From an uncultured Alphaproteobacteria bacterium (GTDB lineage Bacteria; Pseudomonadota; Alphaproteobacteria; RF32; CAG-239): a DNA stretch of 64,000 nucleotides. The stretch is taken from positions 32,237-96,236 of the forward strand of contig CALXWC010000001.1 in NCBI GenBank assembly GCA_944392265.1, written 5' to 3'. Below, piece by piece: positions 21,721-31,721 of the stretch (positions are counted from its first letter, which is position 1; every line of letters begins with the position of its first letter). The translations under genes and the position numbers were made by a program. The notes beneath the pieces are model-generated. The model saw only the letters and a program-made list of their open reading frames with translations, ran no database searches and was not told the origin of the DNA.

Positions 21721-22368
21721 ATGAGCGTATCTTTGATTTTTGTTTTGTCTGCTTTGGGCGGATATGTTTTGGGTTCTATTCCTTTTGGTCTTGTTTTAAC
21801 CAAAATGGCCGGATTGGGTGATATCAGAAAAATCGGTTCAGGTAACATCGGCGCAACCAATGTTTTGCGCACGGGCAGAAAAGATTTGGCTTTGCTCACT
21901 GTTTTGTTAGATGCGTTTAAGGCCGGTATTGCCGCTTACATTGCCTATAAATTGGTTGCTCCAAAAGCTTATGTATTTATGGGATGGTATACCGAGCTTA
22001 ATGTTGTTGCCGAATTAATTGCCGGCTCTTTTGGCATTATCGGTCATAATTTTCCGGTTTGGCTCAAATTCAAAGGCGGCAAAGGTGTTGCTTCTACTTT
22101 GGGTTTGTTGTTGGTTACAAACTGGCAAATCGGTTGCTTGGCTTTGTTAACGTGGCTTATTGTTGCCTTCACAACCAAATATTCTTCATTATCTGCGCTT
22201 GTGGCCGCATTTATGGTTCCGGTTTATGCTTTCTTTTTAACCTCACCGGTTTATGCCTTCTTTTATTTGCTGATTGCTTTATTGGTTATTGTAAGACATC
22301 ATGCCAATATTGTTCGTTTGATTAAAGGACAAGAGAGCAAAATCAACCTCAAAAAGAAAGAAAAATAA
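21721..22368 (+). CDS. plsY: Glycerol-3-phosphate acyltransferase PlsY
   Basis: GSIPFG, GSGNIGATNVLR, FKGGKGVA and RHHANI. Confidence 0.96.
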   Translation: MSVSLIFVLSALGGYVLGSIPFGLVLTKMAGLGDIRKIGSGNIGATNVLRTGRKDLALLTVLLDAFKAGIAAYIAYKLVAPKAYVFMGWYTELNVVAELIAGSFGIIGHNFPVWLKFKGGKGVASTLGLLLVTNWQIGCLALLTWLIVAFTTKYSSLSALVAAFMVPVYAFFLTSPVYAFFYLLIALLVIVRHHANIVRLIKGQESKINLKKKEK

Positions 22369-22371
22369 TTA

Positions 22372-23481
22372 ATGCAAACAAATAAGCAACTTGTTGATTG
22401 GATCCAGCTTATTAATTGTGAAAATGTCGGACCTGTGACTTTTCATAAATTGCTGGAGACTTTCGGCAGTGCTGAAGCGGCTTTGGCAGAACTTCCTCGT
22501 CTTGCCAAATATAAGCTTTTTCCCAGAAATAAAGCAGAAGAAGAGCTTGAAAAAGCACAAAGAAAAGGTGTGCATATTCTTTCTTTGCAAAGCACGGAAT
22601 ATCCAAAAAATTTGCGTCATATGGCCGATGCTCCGCCGATTTTGTATGCTTTGGGTAATTTAGAGGCTCTAAAAAATCCGGTTTCTTTATCTATTGTGGG
22701 TGCCAGAAACGCCTCTATTAACGGCAGAAAAACCGCATCTAAAATTGCTTATGATTTGACCAATGCCGGGGTGATGATTATTTCCGGCATGGCCAGAGGA
22801 ATTGATTCCGCGGCGCATAAAGGCGCTATGTATGCCAAAGCTCAAAAAGGTGAAACAATTGCCGTTTTAGGCACGGGCGTTGACGTGGTCTACCCATCAG
22901 AAAACAAAGCGCTTTATCAGCAAATTTGCGAACAAGGCTTGGTGTTATCAGAGTTTTTATTGGGCACAGAAGCTCAAACCAGCAATTTTCCGAGAAGGAA
23001 TCGTATTGTTTCAGGCTTAAGCTTGGGAACATTGGTGGTTGAAGCCTCTTTACATTCGGGCTCGTTAATCACATCTCGCTTGGCTTTAGAACAAGGCAAA
23101 GATGTTTTTGCCATTCCGGGGTCTCCGCAAGATGCTCGCGCGGCAGGGCCTAACAAACTCATTAAAGAAGGCGCGGTTTTGGTGGAAAGCGCAGATGATA
23201 TTTTAGAAACCTTAAATCTAAATAATCACCACTGTCTAACACAATATATTGACAATTTGGAAAAAAATGTTGATATTCCATTGCAGCTGAAAAAAGTTGA
23301 AACAACAAGCCAGGAAAAACTTCCGCTTTGCGAATATATTAATCGGGAAGGTATTTATGTGGATGAACTTATTCGTATCAGCGGGCTTTCTGCTTCAGAG
23401 GTTTCTCTTCAGCTACTGGAATTGGAATTAAACGGAAAAATCGAAAGACAACCCGGCAATAAAGTAGCTCTTATTAAATAG
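22372..23481 (+). CDS. dprA: DNA-processing protein DprA
   Basis: IVGARNAS, SGMARGID and FPRRNRIVSG. Confidence 0.96.
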   Translation: MQTNKQLVDWIQLINCENVGPVTFHKLLETFGSAEAALAELPRLAKYKLFPRNKAEEELEKAQRKGVHILSLQSTEYPKNLRHMADAPPILYALGNLEALKNPVSLSIVGARNASINGRKTASKIAYDLTNAGVMIISGMARGIDSAAHKGAMYAKAQKGETIAVLGTGVDVVYPSENKALYQQICEQGLVLSEFLLGTEAQTSNFPRRNRIVSGLSLGTLVVEASLHSGSLITSRLALEQGKDVFAIPGSPQDARAAGPNKLIKEGAVLVESADDILETLNLNNHHCLTQYIDNLEKNVDIPLQLKKVETTSQEKLPLCEYINREGIYVDELIRISGLSASEVSLQLLELELNGKIERQPGNKVALIK

Positions 23482-23496
23482 GCAAAGGTAAAAATT

Positions 23497-25971
23497 ATGA
23501 AATTAGTTATTGTTGAGTCTCCGGCAAAAGCCAAAACGATTAATAAGTATTTGGGCGATGACTATAAGGTATTGGCCAGCTTTGGTCATATCAGAGACTT
23601 ACCGAGTAAAGACGGTTCCGTCCAACCTGACCAAGACTTTGCCATGACTTGGGAACTTAGCTCCGGCGGACAAAAACGCTTAAAAGATATTATTGCTGCC
23701 TTAAAAGATGCTGACACAATCATCCTCGCATCCGACCCGGATAGAGAGGGAGAAGCCATTGCTTGGCATATTTTAGAAGAATTAACCGCCAGAAAGAAAA
23801 TTGCCGGAAAGAAAATTGAACGCGTGGTCTTTCATGAAATTACCAAAAAAGCCGTTACCGAAGCTATTAAAAATCCGCGCCAAATTGATGATAATCTCGT
23901 TTCTGCCTACATGGCTAGACGCGCACTGGACTATTTGGTTGGATTTACACTTTCTCCGGTTTTGTGGCGCAAACTTCCGGGGTCAAAGTCTGCCGGTCGT
24001 GTTCAATCCGTTGCATTGCGTTTGATTTGCGAACGCGAAACCGAAATTGAAAAGTTTAAATCTGAAGAATATTGGACCATTGATGCCGAACTTCTTACCG
24101 CATCTAAAGCTGTTATTAAGTCCAGATTGATTAATTTAGACGGTAAAAAACTTGAGAAGTTTGATTTAAATTGTGAGGCTAAGGCTTTGGAAGCCAAAGC
24201 AAAAATTGAAGCACAAACTTTTGCTGTGGCCAGTGTTGAACGCAAAAAAGCCAACCGTTATCCGGCTCCGCCTTTCACCACATCTACTTTGCAACAAGAA
24301 GCCGCCAGAAAATTAAGATTTGGTGCCAAAAAGACAATGCAGGTTGCCCAAAAGCTTTATGAAGACGGTTATATCACTTATATGCGTACCGATGCGGTTA
24401 ACCTTTCTGAAGAAGCTATCAGCGCTTGCAGAGAAGCTATTGTTAAATATTTCGGTGAGGCATATTTACCTAAAGAACCTAAAGAATATAAAACCAAGTC
24501 TAAAAACGCTCAAGAAGCGCACGAAGCTATTCGTCCGGCTCATGTTTCCGAAACACCGAAAAAATTGGAAGGCAAGCTTGATGCCGATGGCTATAAACTT
24601 TATGAATTGATTTGGAAACGTACGGTTGCCTGCCAAATGAACCCTGCTGTTTTAGACCGCGTGGTTATTGATTCAATTTCTGCAGACAAGCAAATTTTGT
24701 TGCGTGCAAATGGTCAGGTTATTGCCTTTGACGGATTTTTGAAACTCTATCAAGAAAGCAAAGATGATTCTGATGAAGATGATGAAAACAGAATCTTGCC
24801 TAACGTTAACGAGGGAGAAAATCTTGATAAAGGACAAATCACCCCAGAACAACACTTTACCACCCCTCCTCCACGCTTTACCGAAGCAAGCCTCGTGAAA
24901 AAATTGGAAGAATTGGGAATCGGTCGTCCGTCTACTTATGCCAGCATTATTTCCGTATTGCAGGAACGCAAATATGTGCGTGTTGAAAAATTGCGCTTTA
25001 TTCCGGAAGACCGAGGCCGAATCGTGACCGTATTTTTGGAAAACTATTTCAAAAAATATGTGGAATATGACTTTACGGCTCAGTTGGAAGAATTTTTGGA
25101 TGATGTTTCTGCCGGAAAAATGGATTGGAAAAAGCTTTTATCTGGATTTTGGGCAAAATTCATTAAAAACATATCTGCCGTTCAACCTTTGCAAATCAGC
25201 GAGGTTATTCAGACCATTGACGATGTGTTATCATATCACTTGTTCCCGCCTCGTGAAGACGGCTCTGACCCAAGAATTTGTCCTGAATGTGGCAAAGGAA
25301 AATTGAGCATTAAATTAGGTAAATTCGGCGCCTTTATCGGTTGTTCTAATTATCCCGAATGCAAATATACCAAACCTTTGACTGATGCTATGGAAGAAGC
25401 TGCAAATGACACCCCCAAACCGGCTAGTCCGGAAGATAAGACTTTGGGCGAGATTAACGGCTTGAACGTATATTTGAAAAAAGGTCCATATGGTTTTTAT
25501 CTCCAGCTTGGTGAAGATGCCACTGCTTTGACCGAAAAGCCAAAACGCGTGGCCCTGCCCAGAAATATTACTCCGGAGGAAGTAACTTTTGAGCAGGCTT
25601 CAACCTTACTCACCTTGCCCAAACAACTTGGCAACGGTGTGGAAGTGAATATCGGTAAGTTTGGTCCTTATATCAAGCAAGGTAATAAGTCTAAATCTTT
25701 GAGCGGAAACGACACTATCTTTAACATTACCTTGGAGCGTGCCGAACAAATTTTGCAAGGCGTGGCTGAACGTCCGGTCGGAAAAGTTTTGGGTGTACAC
25801 CCCAAAGATAAAAAAGAAATCAGCCTAAACAGCGGACGCTATGGTCCTTATTTGAAATGGGGCAAAAACAACATTGCTCTGCCCAAAGAATTTAAGGACA
25901 AAGAGCCAACTTTGGAAGATGCTTTGAAGATTATTGAAGCCAAATTTAATCCTAAATCAGCTGAAAAATAA
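23497..25971 (+). CDS. topA: DNA topoisomerase I
   Basis: VESPAKAK, DPDREGEAI, SAGRVQS, ITYMRTD, a zinc ribbon and C-terminal GPYG repeats. Confidence 0.98.
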   Translation: MKLVIVESPAKAKTINKYLGDDYKVLASFGHIRDLPSKDGSVQPDQDFAMTWELSSGGQKRLKDIIAALKDADTIILASDPDREGEAIAWHILEELTARKKIAGKKIERVVFHEITKKAVTEAIKNPRQIDDNLVSAYMARRALDYLVGFTLSPVLWRKLPGSKSAGRVQSVALRLICERETEIEKFKSEEYWTIDAELLTASKAVIKSRLINLDGKKLEKFDLNCEAKALEAKAKIEAQTFAVASVERKKANRYPAPPFTTSTLQQEAARKLRFGAKKTMQVAQKLYEDGYITYMRTDAVNLSEEAISACREAIVKYFGEAYLPKEPKEYKTKSKNAQEAHEAIRPAHVSETPKKLEGKLDADGYKLYELIWKRTVACQMNPAVLDRVVIDSISADKQILLRANGQVIAFDGFLKLYQESKDDSDEDDENRILPNVNEGENLDKGQITPEQHFTTPPPRFTEASLVKKLEELGIGRPSTYASIISVLQERKYVRVEKLRFIPEDRGRIVTVFLENYFKKYVEYDFTAQLEEFLDDVSAGKMDWKKLLSGFWAKFIKNISAVQPLQISEVIQTIDDVLSYHLFPPREDGSDPRICPECGKGKLSIKLGKFGAFIGCSNYPECKYTKPLTDAMEEAANDTPKPASPEDKTLGEINGLNVYLKKGPYGFYLQLGEDATALTEKPKRVALPRNITPEEVTFEQASTLLTLPKQLGNGVEVNIGKFGPYIKQGNKSKSLSGNDTIFNITLERAEQILQGVAERPVGKVLGVHPKDKKEISLNSGRYGPYLKWGKNNIALPKEFKDKEPTLEDALKIIEAKFNPKSAEK

Positions 25972-25984
25972 GCTTAGATTGATT

Positions 25985-28168
25985 TTAAGCCTCGTTTTTT
26001 ACCATGGAGGTTGATTTATCTGCCTGATTTTCAGCATAGATTTGTTGTGCCGCAAAAGGAATTAACACGCTCCTTGCTGATTGCGCCGCCAAAGAAAGCG
26101 AATTAATTGCCAAGCTTTGTGCTGTTTGTAAAGATAAGTATTCAGCAGAAACTTCATTCATATCTGCCAAAGTGAGTTTATCCGCACCTTCTTCCAACAC
26201 ATTAATCAAATTTTGCGTAAAGTCTTCTCGGTTGGTGACTATGGCATTATAGTTACCAATCTGACTCATTTGCGTGCGCAATTTATTGGTTGCCTCGGTC
26301 AGCTCTTCCATGGTCTTTTGCACATCTAATATCGTTGACCATTGCGCCTCTTTTAAGCCTAAGCCCTCTAATGTGGAGTTCACGCCTTTTACAGCAACAG
26401 CTGAACCCTCATTGTTGCTGAATTTGATATTAAGCGTGTTTTCTTTCAAAAGATTTACACCTTTATAAGATGAATCATTTGCTACCTTGTCAATCTCGGC
26501 CAAGGTTTGGTTAAAGCTCTTCATATAGCCTTTTTGCTCGTCGGTAAGGTTTTCTTTCAAGTAAGTTTCATAACGGTTAAGGTAACCTTCCACCGAGCCA
26601 AATTCATCATCATCATCAAATTTCTCATCAGCGGGGCGGTTGAGTGCTTCTTCAACTAATTTGGTGACATCCGGCATTGTCAAAGCGGCAACAGTTCCGG
26701 CAGATTGCCAGCCGGCAACTCCGTCTAATGAAGTGATAACTTCTGATGGTACAAAAATTTTATTATATCCCGTAGATACCCAATTCTGCCCATTGAAAGA
26801 CAATTCCGTTCCGGCAAGAATGTTAAGGGTTTCAAAAGTTTCAGAAGGACTATGATTGTCAAATATTTTTCCACCTTCTGCACTTTCAATCCTAATTTTA
26901 GAGTTAAGGATATTAAGAGTACGATCTTTTATTGAAACTCCTTGAAATTTAACACCAGTTGCATTCCTTCCAGTATTTTTAATTTTTATATCTGTATTTT
27001 CAATGTAATAGTTTGTAGAAAATCCCCCTCCAGAATTAAAATATATTCCATAAGCATTGGAATTTATTGTAGAAATATTAATTACAGAATTTTTGAATCT
27101 TGTAGATTGTCCTAAATCTCCTAGAGAACATTGAATTCCATAATTATTAGCCTGAGTATTGATAGTTGAATTTTCAATATTTAATGATGTAACATTTATT
27201 CCATTTGAAACGTTAACAATATTAAGTATTGAATTTTTAAAACTAAATAATCTTCCCAAACCCAAGAAACCAGTACCAGTTCCTCCGCCGTCAATATTAA
27301 TCTCGGCATTCTCAGCAAATACATTGGTATAACCAAAGGCCGATTCCATCACTGTACCAATGTTTTTCACATCAATCTTATTTTCCAAATAAACCGTACC
27401 AGAAATTAATCTCTCTCCTCTACCTTCATTAATCAGCTTAATGTTAGAAAGAGATAAGGCATTTGTAGCTCCATCTTTTGCCTTTATAACATCTGCACTT
27501 GAACTGGTTGAACTGTTTTTATTATAAATATACAAATCTGAAATTGCGGTGTTGGTTTCAGTTACAATCGCTCCTGAGGTGTCAGACTTAGTGAAAGTCA
27601 GTTGTGAGGTGTGATAATTCTCATCTTTGGCATTAGCGTTTTTGTCAGCATAATAGTTGATGCCCCTTAGGTTTTGCCCTTCTTTTAGGTTTAAGGTCAC
27701 ATCACCACAATCAATCTTGCCATAGATGACAATATCGCCTTTTTCTCCGCTGTTTAACACAACTTGGAGCTCATCAACCGTGCTCACCACCGCAATTACG
27801 CCTTCTTGCTCAGAGAGCCAAGCTTTGCTCACGGCCGGCGGGACCTCAACTGAGGGGAATATCTCCACAGCTTTGCTTGCCAAACCCGAGGCTTGCGCAA
27901 TCAATTCCGCTTGCGTTTCCATACCTTCATTGGCGGCTTGAATGGTTTGAATTCCTTGCCCCATAGCATCAAGAAGCGCGTTCAAGTCCGCCGCAGCGTT
28001 ACTTAAACTCTGCGCAGTGTAATAACTTGAGGCATTGTCTATGGCGGAATTAACCTTTTTGCCGGTAGAGAGCATTTCTTGCACTTTGCTCATCTGATTG
28101 CTGATATTGTTTAAGGACAATAAGCTACTGCGCATGGCTAAAGGCAATGTGACGTTATTAACCATCAT
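25985..28168 (-). CDS. Flagellin-like protein with a large central beta-helix-like insert
   Basis: Flagellin N-terminus (LSTGKKVNSAIDNASSY) and C-terminus (DSSYKGVNLL, ADKLTLADMNE..QSLAINSLSLAAQS..SVL). Confidence 0.85.
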   Translation of the reverse strand: MMVNNVTLPLAMRSSLLSLNNISNQMSKVQEMLSTGKKVNSAIDNASSYYTAQSLSNAAADLNALLDAMGQGIQTIQAANEGMETQAELIAQASGLASKAVEIFPSVEVPPAVSKAWLSEQEGVIAVVSTVDELQVVLNSGEKGDIVIYGKIDCGDVTLNLKEGQNLRGINYYADKNANAKDENYHTSQLTFTKSDTSGAIVTETNTAISDLYIYNKNSSTSSSADVIKAKDGATNALSLSNIKLINEGRGERLISGTVYLENKIDVKNIGTVMESAFGYTNVFAENAEINIDGGGTGTGFLGLGRLFSFKNSILNIVNVSNGINVTSLNIENSTINTQANNYGIQCSLGDLGQSTRFKNSVINISTINSNAYGIYFNSGGGFSTNYYIENTDIKIKNTGRNATGVKFQGVSIKDRTLNILNSKIRIESAEGGKIFDNHSPSETFETLNILAGTELSFNGQNWVSTGYNKIFVPSEVITSLDGVAGWQSAGTVAALTMPDVTKLVEEALNRPADEKFDDDDEFGSVEGYLNRYETYLKENLTDEQKGYMKSFNQTLAEIDKVANDSSYKGVNLLKENTLNIKFSNNEGSAVAVKGVNSTLEGLGLKEAQWSTILDVQKTMEELTEATNKLRTQMSQIGNYNAIVTNREDFTQNLINVLEEGADKLTLADMNEVSAEYLSLQTAQSLAINSLSLAAQSARSVLIPFAAQQIYAENQADKSTSMVKNEA

Positions 28169-28245
28169 ACACCCGCCTTGCGCTTATTAACGCTTTGATT
28201 TGTATTGATTTTATAAAACGACAAAGATGTGATAATAATAATTTT

Positions 28246-28400
28246 TGAATTAAACGGCAATGAATCAAACGGCATATATTTAAAAACAACAAAACCGCCG
28301 CAAAACTCTCCATTTTTGCGGTGGGCATAGCGTTTCCTTGCGGAATATGTCTCAGTTCTTGACACATCATTTCTCGCATCCTTGCCGTTAAATTCTCTTA
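28246..28400 (-). ncRNA. Candidate structured cis-regulatory leader RNA of the flagellin-like gene
   Basis: Several stems, a GCAA tetraloop and a terminator-like hairpin with U-tract, located between the promoter and the ATG (see findings). Confidence 0.45.
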
Positions 28401-28412
28401 TAACATAAGCTG

Positions 28413-28441
28413 ATTATATCAATTTTTGGTTAATAGGGCAA
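28413..28441 (-). promoter_or_regulatory. Sigma70-type promoter TTGCCC-N17-TATAAT with extended -10 TG
   Basis: Minus strand: TTGCCC (28441-28436), 17 nt ending in TGA, then TATAAT (28418-28413). Confidence 0.75.
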
Positions 28442-28471
28442 GAATTTTCGGAATCAAAAGATGTTTTACAT

Positions 28472-28507
28472 AAAAAAAATACCGTTGAAAAAATCAACGG
28501 TATTTTT
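28472..28507 (-). terminator. rpsU terminator
   Basis: AAAAATACCGTTGA...TCAACGGTATTTTT inverted repeat. Confidence 0.8.
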
Positions 28508-28522
28508 GAATTGTATTAAGGA

Positions 28523-28729
28523 TTAGAATCCTTCAGTATCTAAGCGTTTTCTCATTTGCTTACGAGCACGTCTAACAGCTTCAGCTTGACGACGAGCTTT
28601 TTTCTCTGAAGCTTTTTCATGACAACGACGCAATTTCATTTCACGGAAGATACCTTCTCTTTGCATCTTTTTCTTCAAAACTTTCAAAGATTGAGCAACA
28701 TCATTACCGATAACAGTAACTTGAACCAC
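28523..28729 (-). CDS. rpsU: 30S ribosomal protein S21
   Basis: [39 protein letters not shown]. Confidence 0.95.
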   Translation of the reverse strand: MVQVTVIGNDVAQSLKVLKKKMQREGIFREMKLRRCHEKASEKKARRQAEAVRRARKQMRKRLDTEGF

Positions 28730-28862
28730 TTAAATCACCCCTTTTCATGTTCATTAAAGGTTATTCCAAATACAGAGTCTTCTCTGTTGCAAACGTTTGT
28801 ATCACAGACTTTTTCTTTTGGCAAGCTTTAATAAGGCTTTGCTTTATAAAAAAAAGAAATTA

Positions 28863-29078
28863 TTATGCGATGATGTTCGGCATGATAGAAGCTTCAACTG
28901 ATTTGATTTTGCTTTTGATGCCGGTACGTTGCGAATTTAATTGTTTTGCTTGAAAAAAATCTATGGTTTTGTTTTGTCTGACTAAATGTCTGATATCTGA
29001 ACAAACACGACGCTCTTCCAACTTTAATTCGCAAAGCTGTTGGTAGAGTTTGTTCATATTATTTTGATTATTCATCAA
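28863..29078 (-). CDS. DUF465/YdcH-like small coiled-coil protein
   Basis: ~70-aa helical protein ending PNIIA, like alphaproteobacterial DUF465 proteins ending PDIIA. Confidence 0.6.
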   Translation of the reverse strand: MMNNQNNMNKLYQQLCELKLEERRVCSDIRHLVRQNKTIDFFQAKQLNSQRTGIKSKIKSVEASIMPNIIA

Positions 29079-29222
29079 AGCTAATTCCCTTATTTATTAA
29101 AAAAAAAGCTGAAAATAAAATTTTTTACTGGAAATCTTTCCATAAAATTTGTATTAGTATACAACAAAATGTGTTTAAATGCAATAAATAAAAGTTCTAA
29201 AACTAAAAATTAGGAGATTTAT

Positions 29223-30299
29223 ATGACAAAAAGAATTGGTATTTTAACCAGTGGCGGCGACTGTGCCGGCCTTAACGCTGTGATTAGCTCCGTTGTTATG
29301 GCCGCTTCTCAAAAAGGTTGGGAAGTTTATGGAATCCATAACGGAACTGACGGTATTACCGAAACACCTCACAGTTATGAAGTGTTAACCGTTCATAATT
29401 TTTCTGATTCTCCTTGGCCCAGATTGAGCGGATCTTATCTTGGTTCTTTGAACAAGGGTGTTAAAATGGAATCTTTGGAAACCATGAGCCAAAAATTTGC
29501 TCAAGGCGTTAAAGATTTAGGCTTGGATGCTATTGTTGTTGTGGGTGGCGACGGTAGTATGAATATTGTTTCTAACTATTGCAAAGGTTTGGATGTTCAT
29601 GTTGTGGGTATTCCTAAAACCATTGATAACGATACTCCGATTACAGAATTTTCCGTTGGTTTCCAAACTGCTGTTCAAGTTTGCACCAAAGCCGTTGATG
29701 ATTTGTATTTGACTGCTCGTTCTCATAACCGCGCAATCATTATGGAAGTTATGGGTCGTGATGCCGGTCACTTGGCTATGCACTCAGCTTTGGCCGGTGC
29801 TGCCGATGTTTGCTTGGTTCCTGAAATTCCTTATACTATTGACGGCATTATCAACAAGCTCAAAGAAGTTAAGGCTAGCGGCCGCAACAACGCTATCATC
29901 GTTGTTTCTGAAGGTATTAAAAACGAAAAAGGCGAACATGTTTCTAACAAGAAAAACTTGGTTGGCGAAGCTGTTTATGGTGGTATCAGCCAATATTTGA
30001 CTGACGAAATCAGCGCTCGCTACAATGAATTCCAAATTCGTTCTACAACCTTAGGACATATTCAACGCTCAGGCACTCCGGTTGCTTTTGACCGTTTGCT
30101 CGCTTATGTTTATGGTGCTAAAGCCGTTGAACTTTTGGATAAAGGTGTTAACCGTCATATGGTTATTTGGAAAGCCGGCCACGTTGAATCTGTTTCTTTT
30201 GACGATGTGGTTAAAGAAGGTACAACCAAACTTGACACAAACAGCGATTATGTTAAAGCTGCTCGTGCTTTGGGTATGTATATCGGTGAATGTAAATAA
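29223..30299 (+). CDS. pfkA: 6-phosphofructokinase, probably ATP-dependent
   Basis: TSGGDCAGLN, GGDGS, PKTIDND, EVMGR and LGHIQRSG. Confidence 0.95.
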   Translation: MTKRIGILTSGGDCAGLNAVISSVVMAASQKGWEVYGIHNGTDGITETPHSYEVLTVHNFSDSPWPRLSGSYLGSLNKGVKMESLETMSQKFAQGVKDLGLDAIVVVGGDGSMNIVSNYCKGLDVHVVGIPKTIDNDTPITEFSVGFQTAVQVCTKAVDDLYLTARSHNRAIIMEVMGRDAGHLAMHSALAGAADVCLVPEIPYTIDGIINKLKEVKASGRNNAIIVVSEGIKNEKGEHVSNKKNLVGEAVYGGISQYLTDEISARYNEFQIRSTTLGHIQRSGTPVAFDRLLAYVYGAKAVELLDKGVNRHMVIWKAGHVESVSFDDVVKEGTTKLDTNSDYVKAARALGMYIGECK

Positions 30300-30315
30300 C
30301 CTGTTATAATCTTAT

Positions 30316-30348
30316 GAAAAGGCAAGTTCTTGTAACTTGCCTTTTTTA
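30316..30348 (+). terminator. pfkA terminator
   Basis: AAAAGGCAAGTT...AACTTGCCTTTTTT. Confidence 0.75.
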
Positions 30349-30373
30349 CACTTCTTAGCAAAAGGATTAGCTT

Positions 30374-31030
30374 ATGACTAAAATAACTTGGAAACCCGGC
30401 ACCCTTTTGGCTCCCGTGCCGCCGGCACTTATTTCTTGCGGAACTGTTGAAAAGCCTAACGTTATGACCGCTGCTTGGACCGGTATTATTGCCTCTGATC
30501 CGGCAATGACCTATGTTTCTATCCGCCCGAGCAGATATTCTCACCAAATTATAAAAGAGAGTAAAGAGTTTGTTATCAACCTTCCTAACCTGCCTTTGGC
30601 TTTTGCTACCGACTGGTGCGGTGTGAAGTCCGGCAAAGATGTTGATAAATTCAAAGAAATGAATTTAACCCCCTCTCCTTGTTCTCAGGTAAAAGCGCCG
30701 CAAATTGAAGAAGCTCCGGTTTCTCTTGAATGCAAAGTTAAAAGCATTACAAATTATGGAACACATGATATGTTTTTAGCTGAAATTGTGGCCGTTAATG
30801 TTGATGATAAATATATTGACGAGGCCGGCAAACTCTGGCTTGAAAAAGCCGGTTTATTGGCTTATGTCCATGGTTTTTATTACACACTCGGACGCAAGCT
30901 CGGAAAATTTGGCTTCTCTGTTGAAAAAAAGCCCAAAAAAGTTAAAGAAAAAGAATTTGAGGTTAAAACAGAAAATAAAAAAACTTATAAAAAAGCCAAG
31001 GCAAATAAAAAACCCTCAAAAAAAGCTTAG
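30374..31030 (+). CDS. Flavin reductase family protein
   Basis: PVPPALISCG, EFVINLP, DWCGVKSG, PVSLECKV..GTHDMF; Lys-rich tail. Confidence 0.9.
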   Translation: MTKITWKPGTLLAPVPPALISCGTVEKPNVMTAAWTGIIASDPAMTYVSIRPSRYSHQIIKESKEFVINLPNLPLAFATDWCGVKSGKDVDKFKEMNLTPSPCSQVKAPQIEEAPVSLECKVKSITNYGTHDMFLAEIVAVNVDDKYIDEAGKLWLEKAGLLAYVHGFYYTLGRKLGKFGFSVEKKPKKVKEKEFEVKTENKKTYKKAKANKKPSKKA

Positions 31031-31036
31031 TAAAAC

Positions 31037-31068
31037 AAAAAAGCACCATTTAACATGGTGCTTTTTTT
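31037..31068. terminator. Bidirectional terminator
   Basis: A6-GCACCAT-ttaac-ATGGTGC-T7. Confidence 0.8.
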
Positions 31069-31094
31069 ATTACAGAATAAAAACGCTTGTAGTT

Positions 31095-31625
31095 TTACAA
31101 GATAACTAAACTTGTTTCAAACCTTTTATTTTGGTTAGTTTGTAAGCTATCTGACGTCTTTTTTTCAATTACTTCACTCGGAGGTGCAATAATTTTTTGT
31201 GTTTCAGGCTCTTTTTCGGCTTTTTTCTTAAAAACAATGCTCAATGCTAATATCTGCTCTTGGCATATTTCTTTAAAACGTACCTTAACACTATCTGTTA
31301 TGGCTATAACATCTTTTTCTGAAATTCCGCCCTGTTTGATAATTTGCTCTTTGGTTAAAACCTTAATTAAATCTTTGGTGTCATCTTCGTTTATTTTTTT
31401 CTGATTTGCTGTTATATATTCAATTTCACACTGCAAATCTTGACTGACATCTGTTTCTACCTTTCCTTTCTGCAATTGTATTTCAGACTTTGGTTCGGTC
31501 TTTGCTTGGGAAGATACCTCTTTTGATGACAGAAAAGAAAAATCAGAAATATTTGCTTTGTAAAAAAAATATAATCCGCCTATGGCAAATGCCAATAAAA
31601 CCAGCGGTAAAAAAACTTTTTGCAT
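31095..31625 (-). CDS. Hypothetical membrane-anchored protein
   Basis: N-terminal hydrophobic segment, charged remainder. Confidence 0.7.
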   Translation of the reverse strand: MQKVFLPLVLLAFAIGGLYFFYKANISDFSFLSSKEVSSQAKTEPKSEIQLQKGKVETDVSQDLQCEIEYITANQKKINEDDTKDLIKVLTKEQIIKQGGISEKDVIAITDSVKVRFKEICQEQILALSIVFKKKAEKEPETQKIIAPPSEVIEKKTSDSLQTNQNKRFETSLVIL

Positions 31626-31721
31626 AATGATAATATTTTAGTTAAACATAAAAATTAATTTGTAATTTTATATTTAACTTTTTTGTATTTTTTTGTCAAT
31701 ATTTTATCTGTGTTGATTTTA

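Noticed and set aside
28158-28379. Short ORFs (73 and 66 aa) upstream of the flagellin-like gene
   Set aside because: They overlap a structured, terminator-containing leader and lack protein features. A leader peptide cannot be fully excluded.
28246-28395. Invertible promoter as the main explanation for the inverted repeats
   Set aside because: The clear promoter lies outside the repeats, the internal TTGACA (28359) has no properly spaced -10 in either orientation, and no invertase is nearby.
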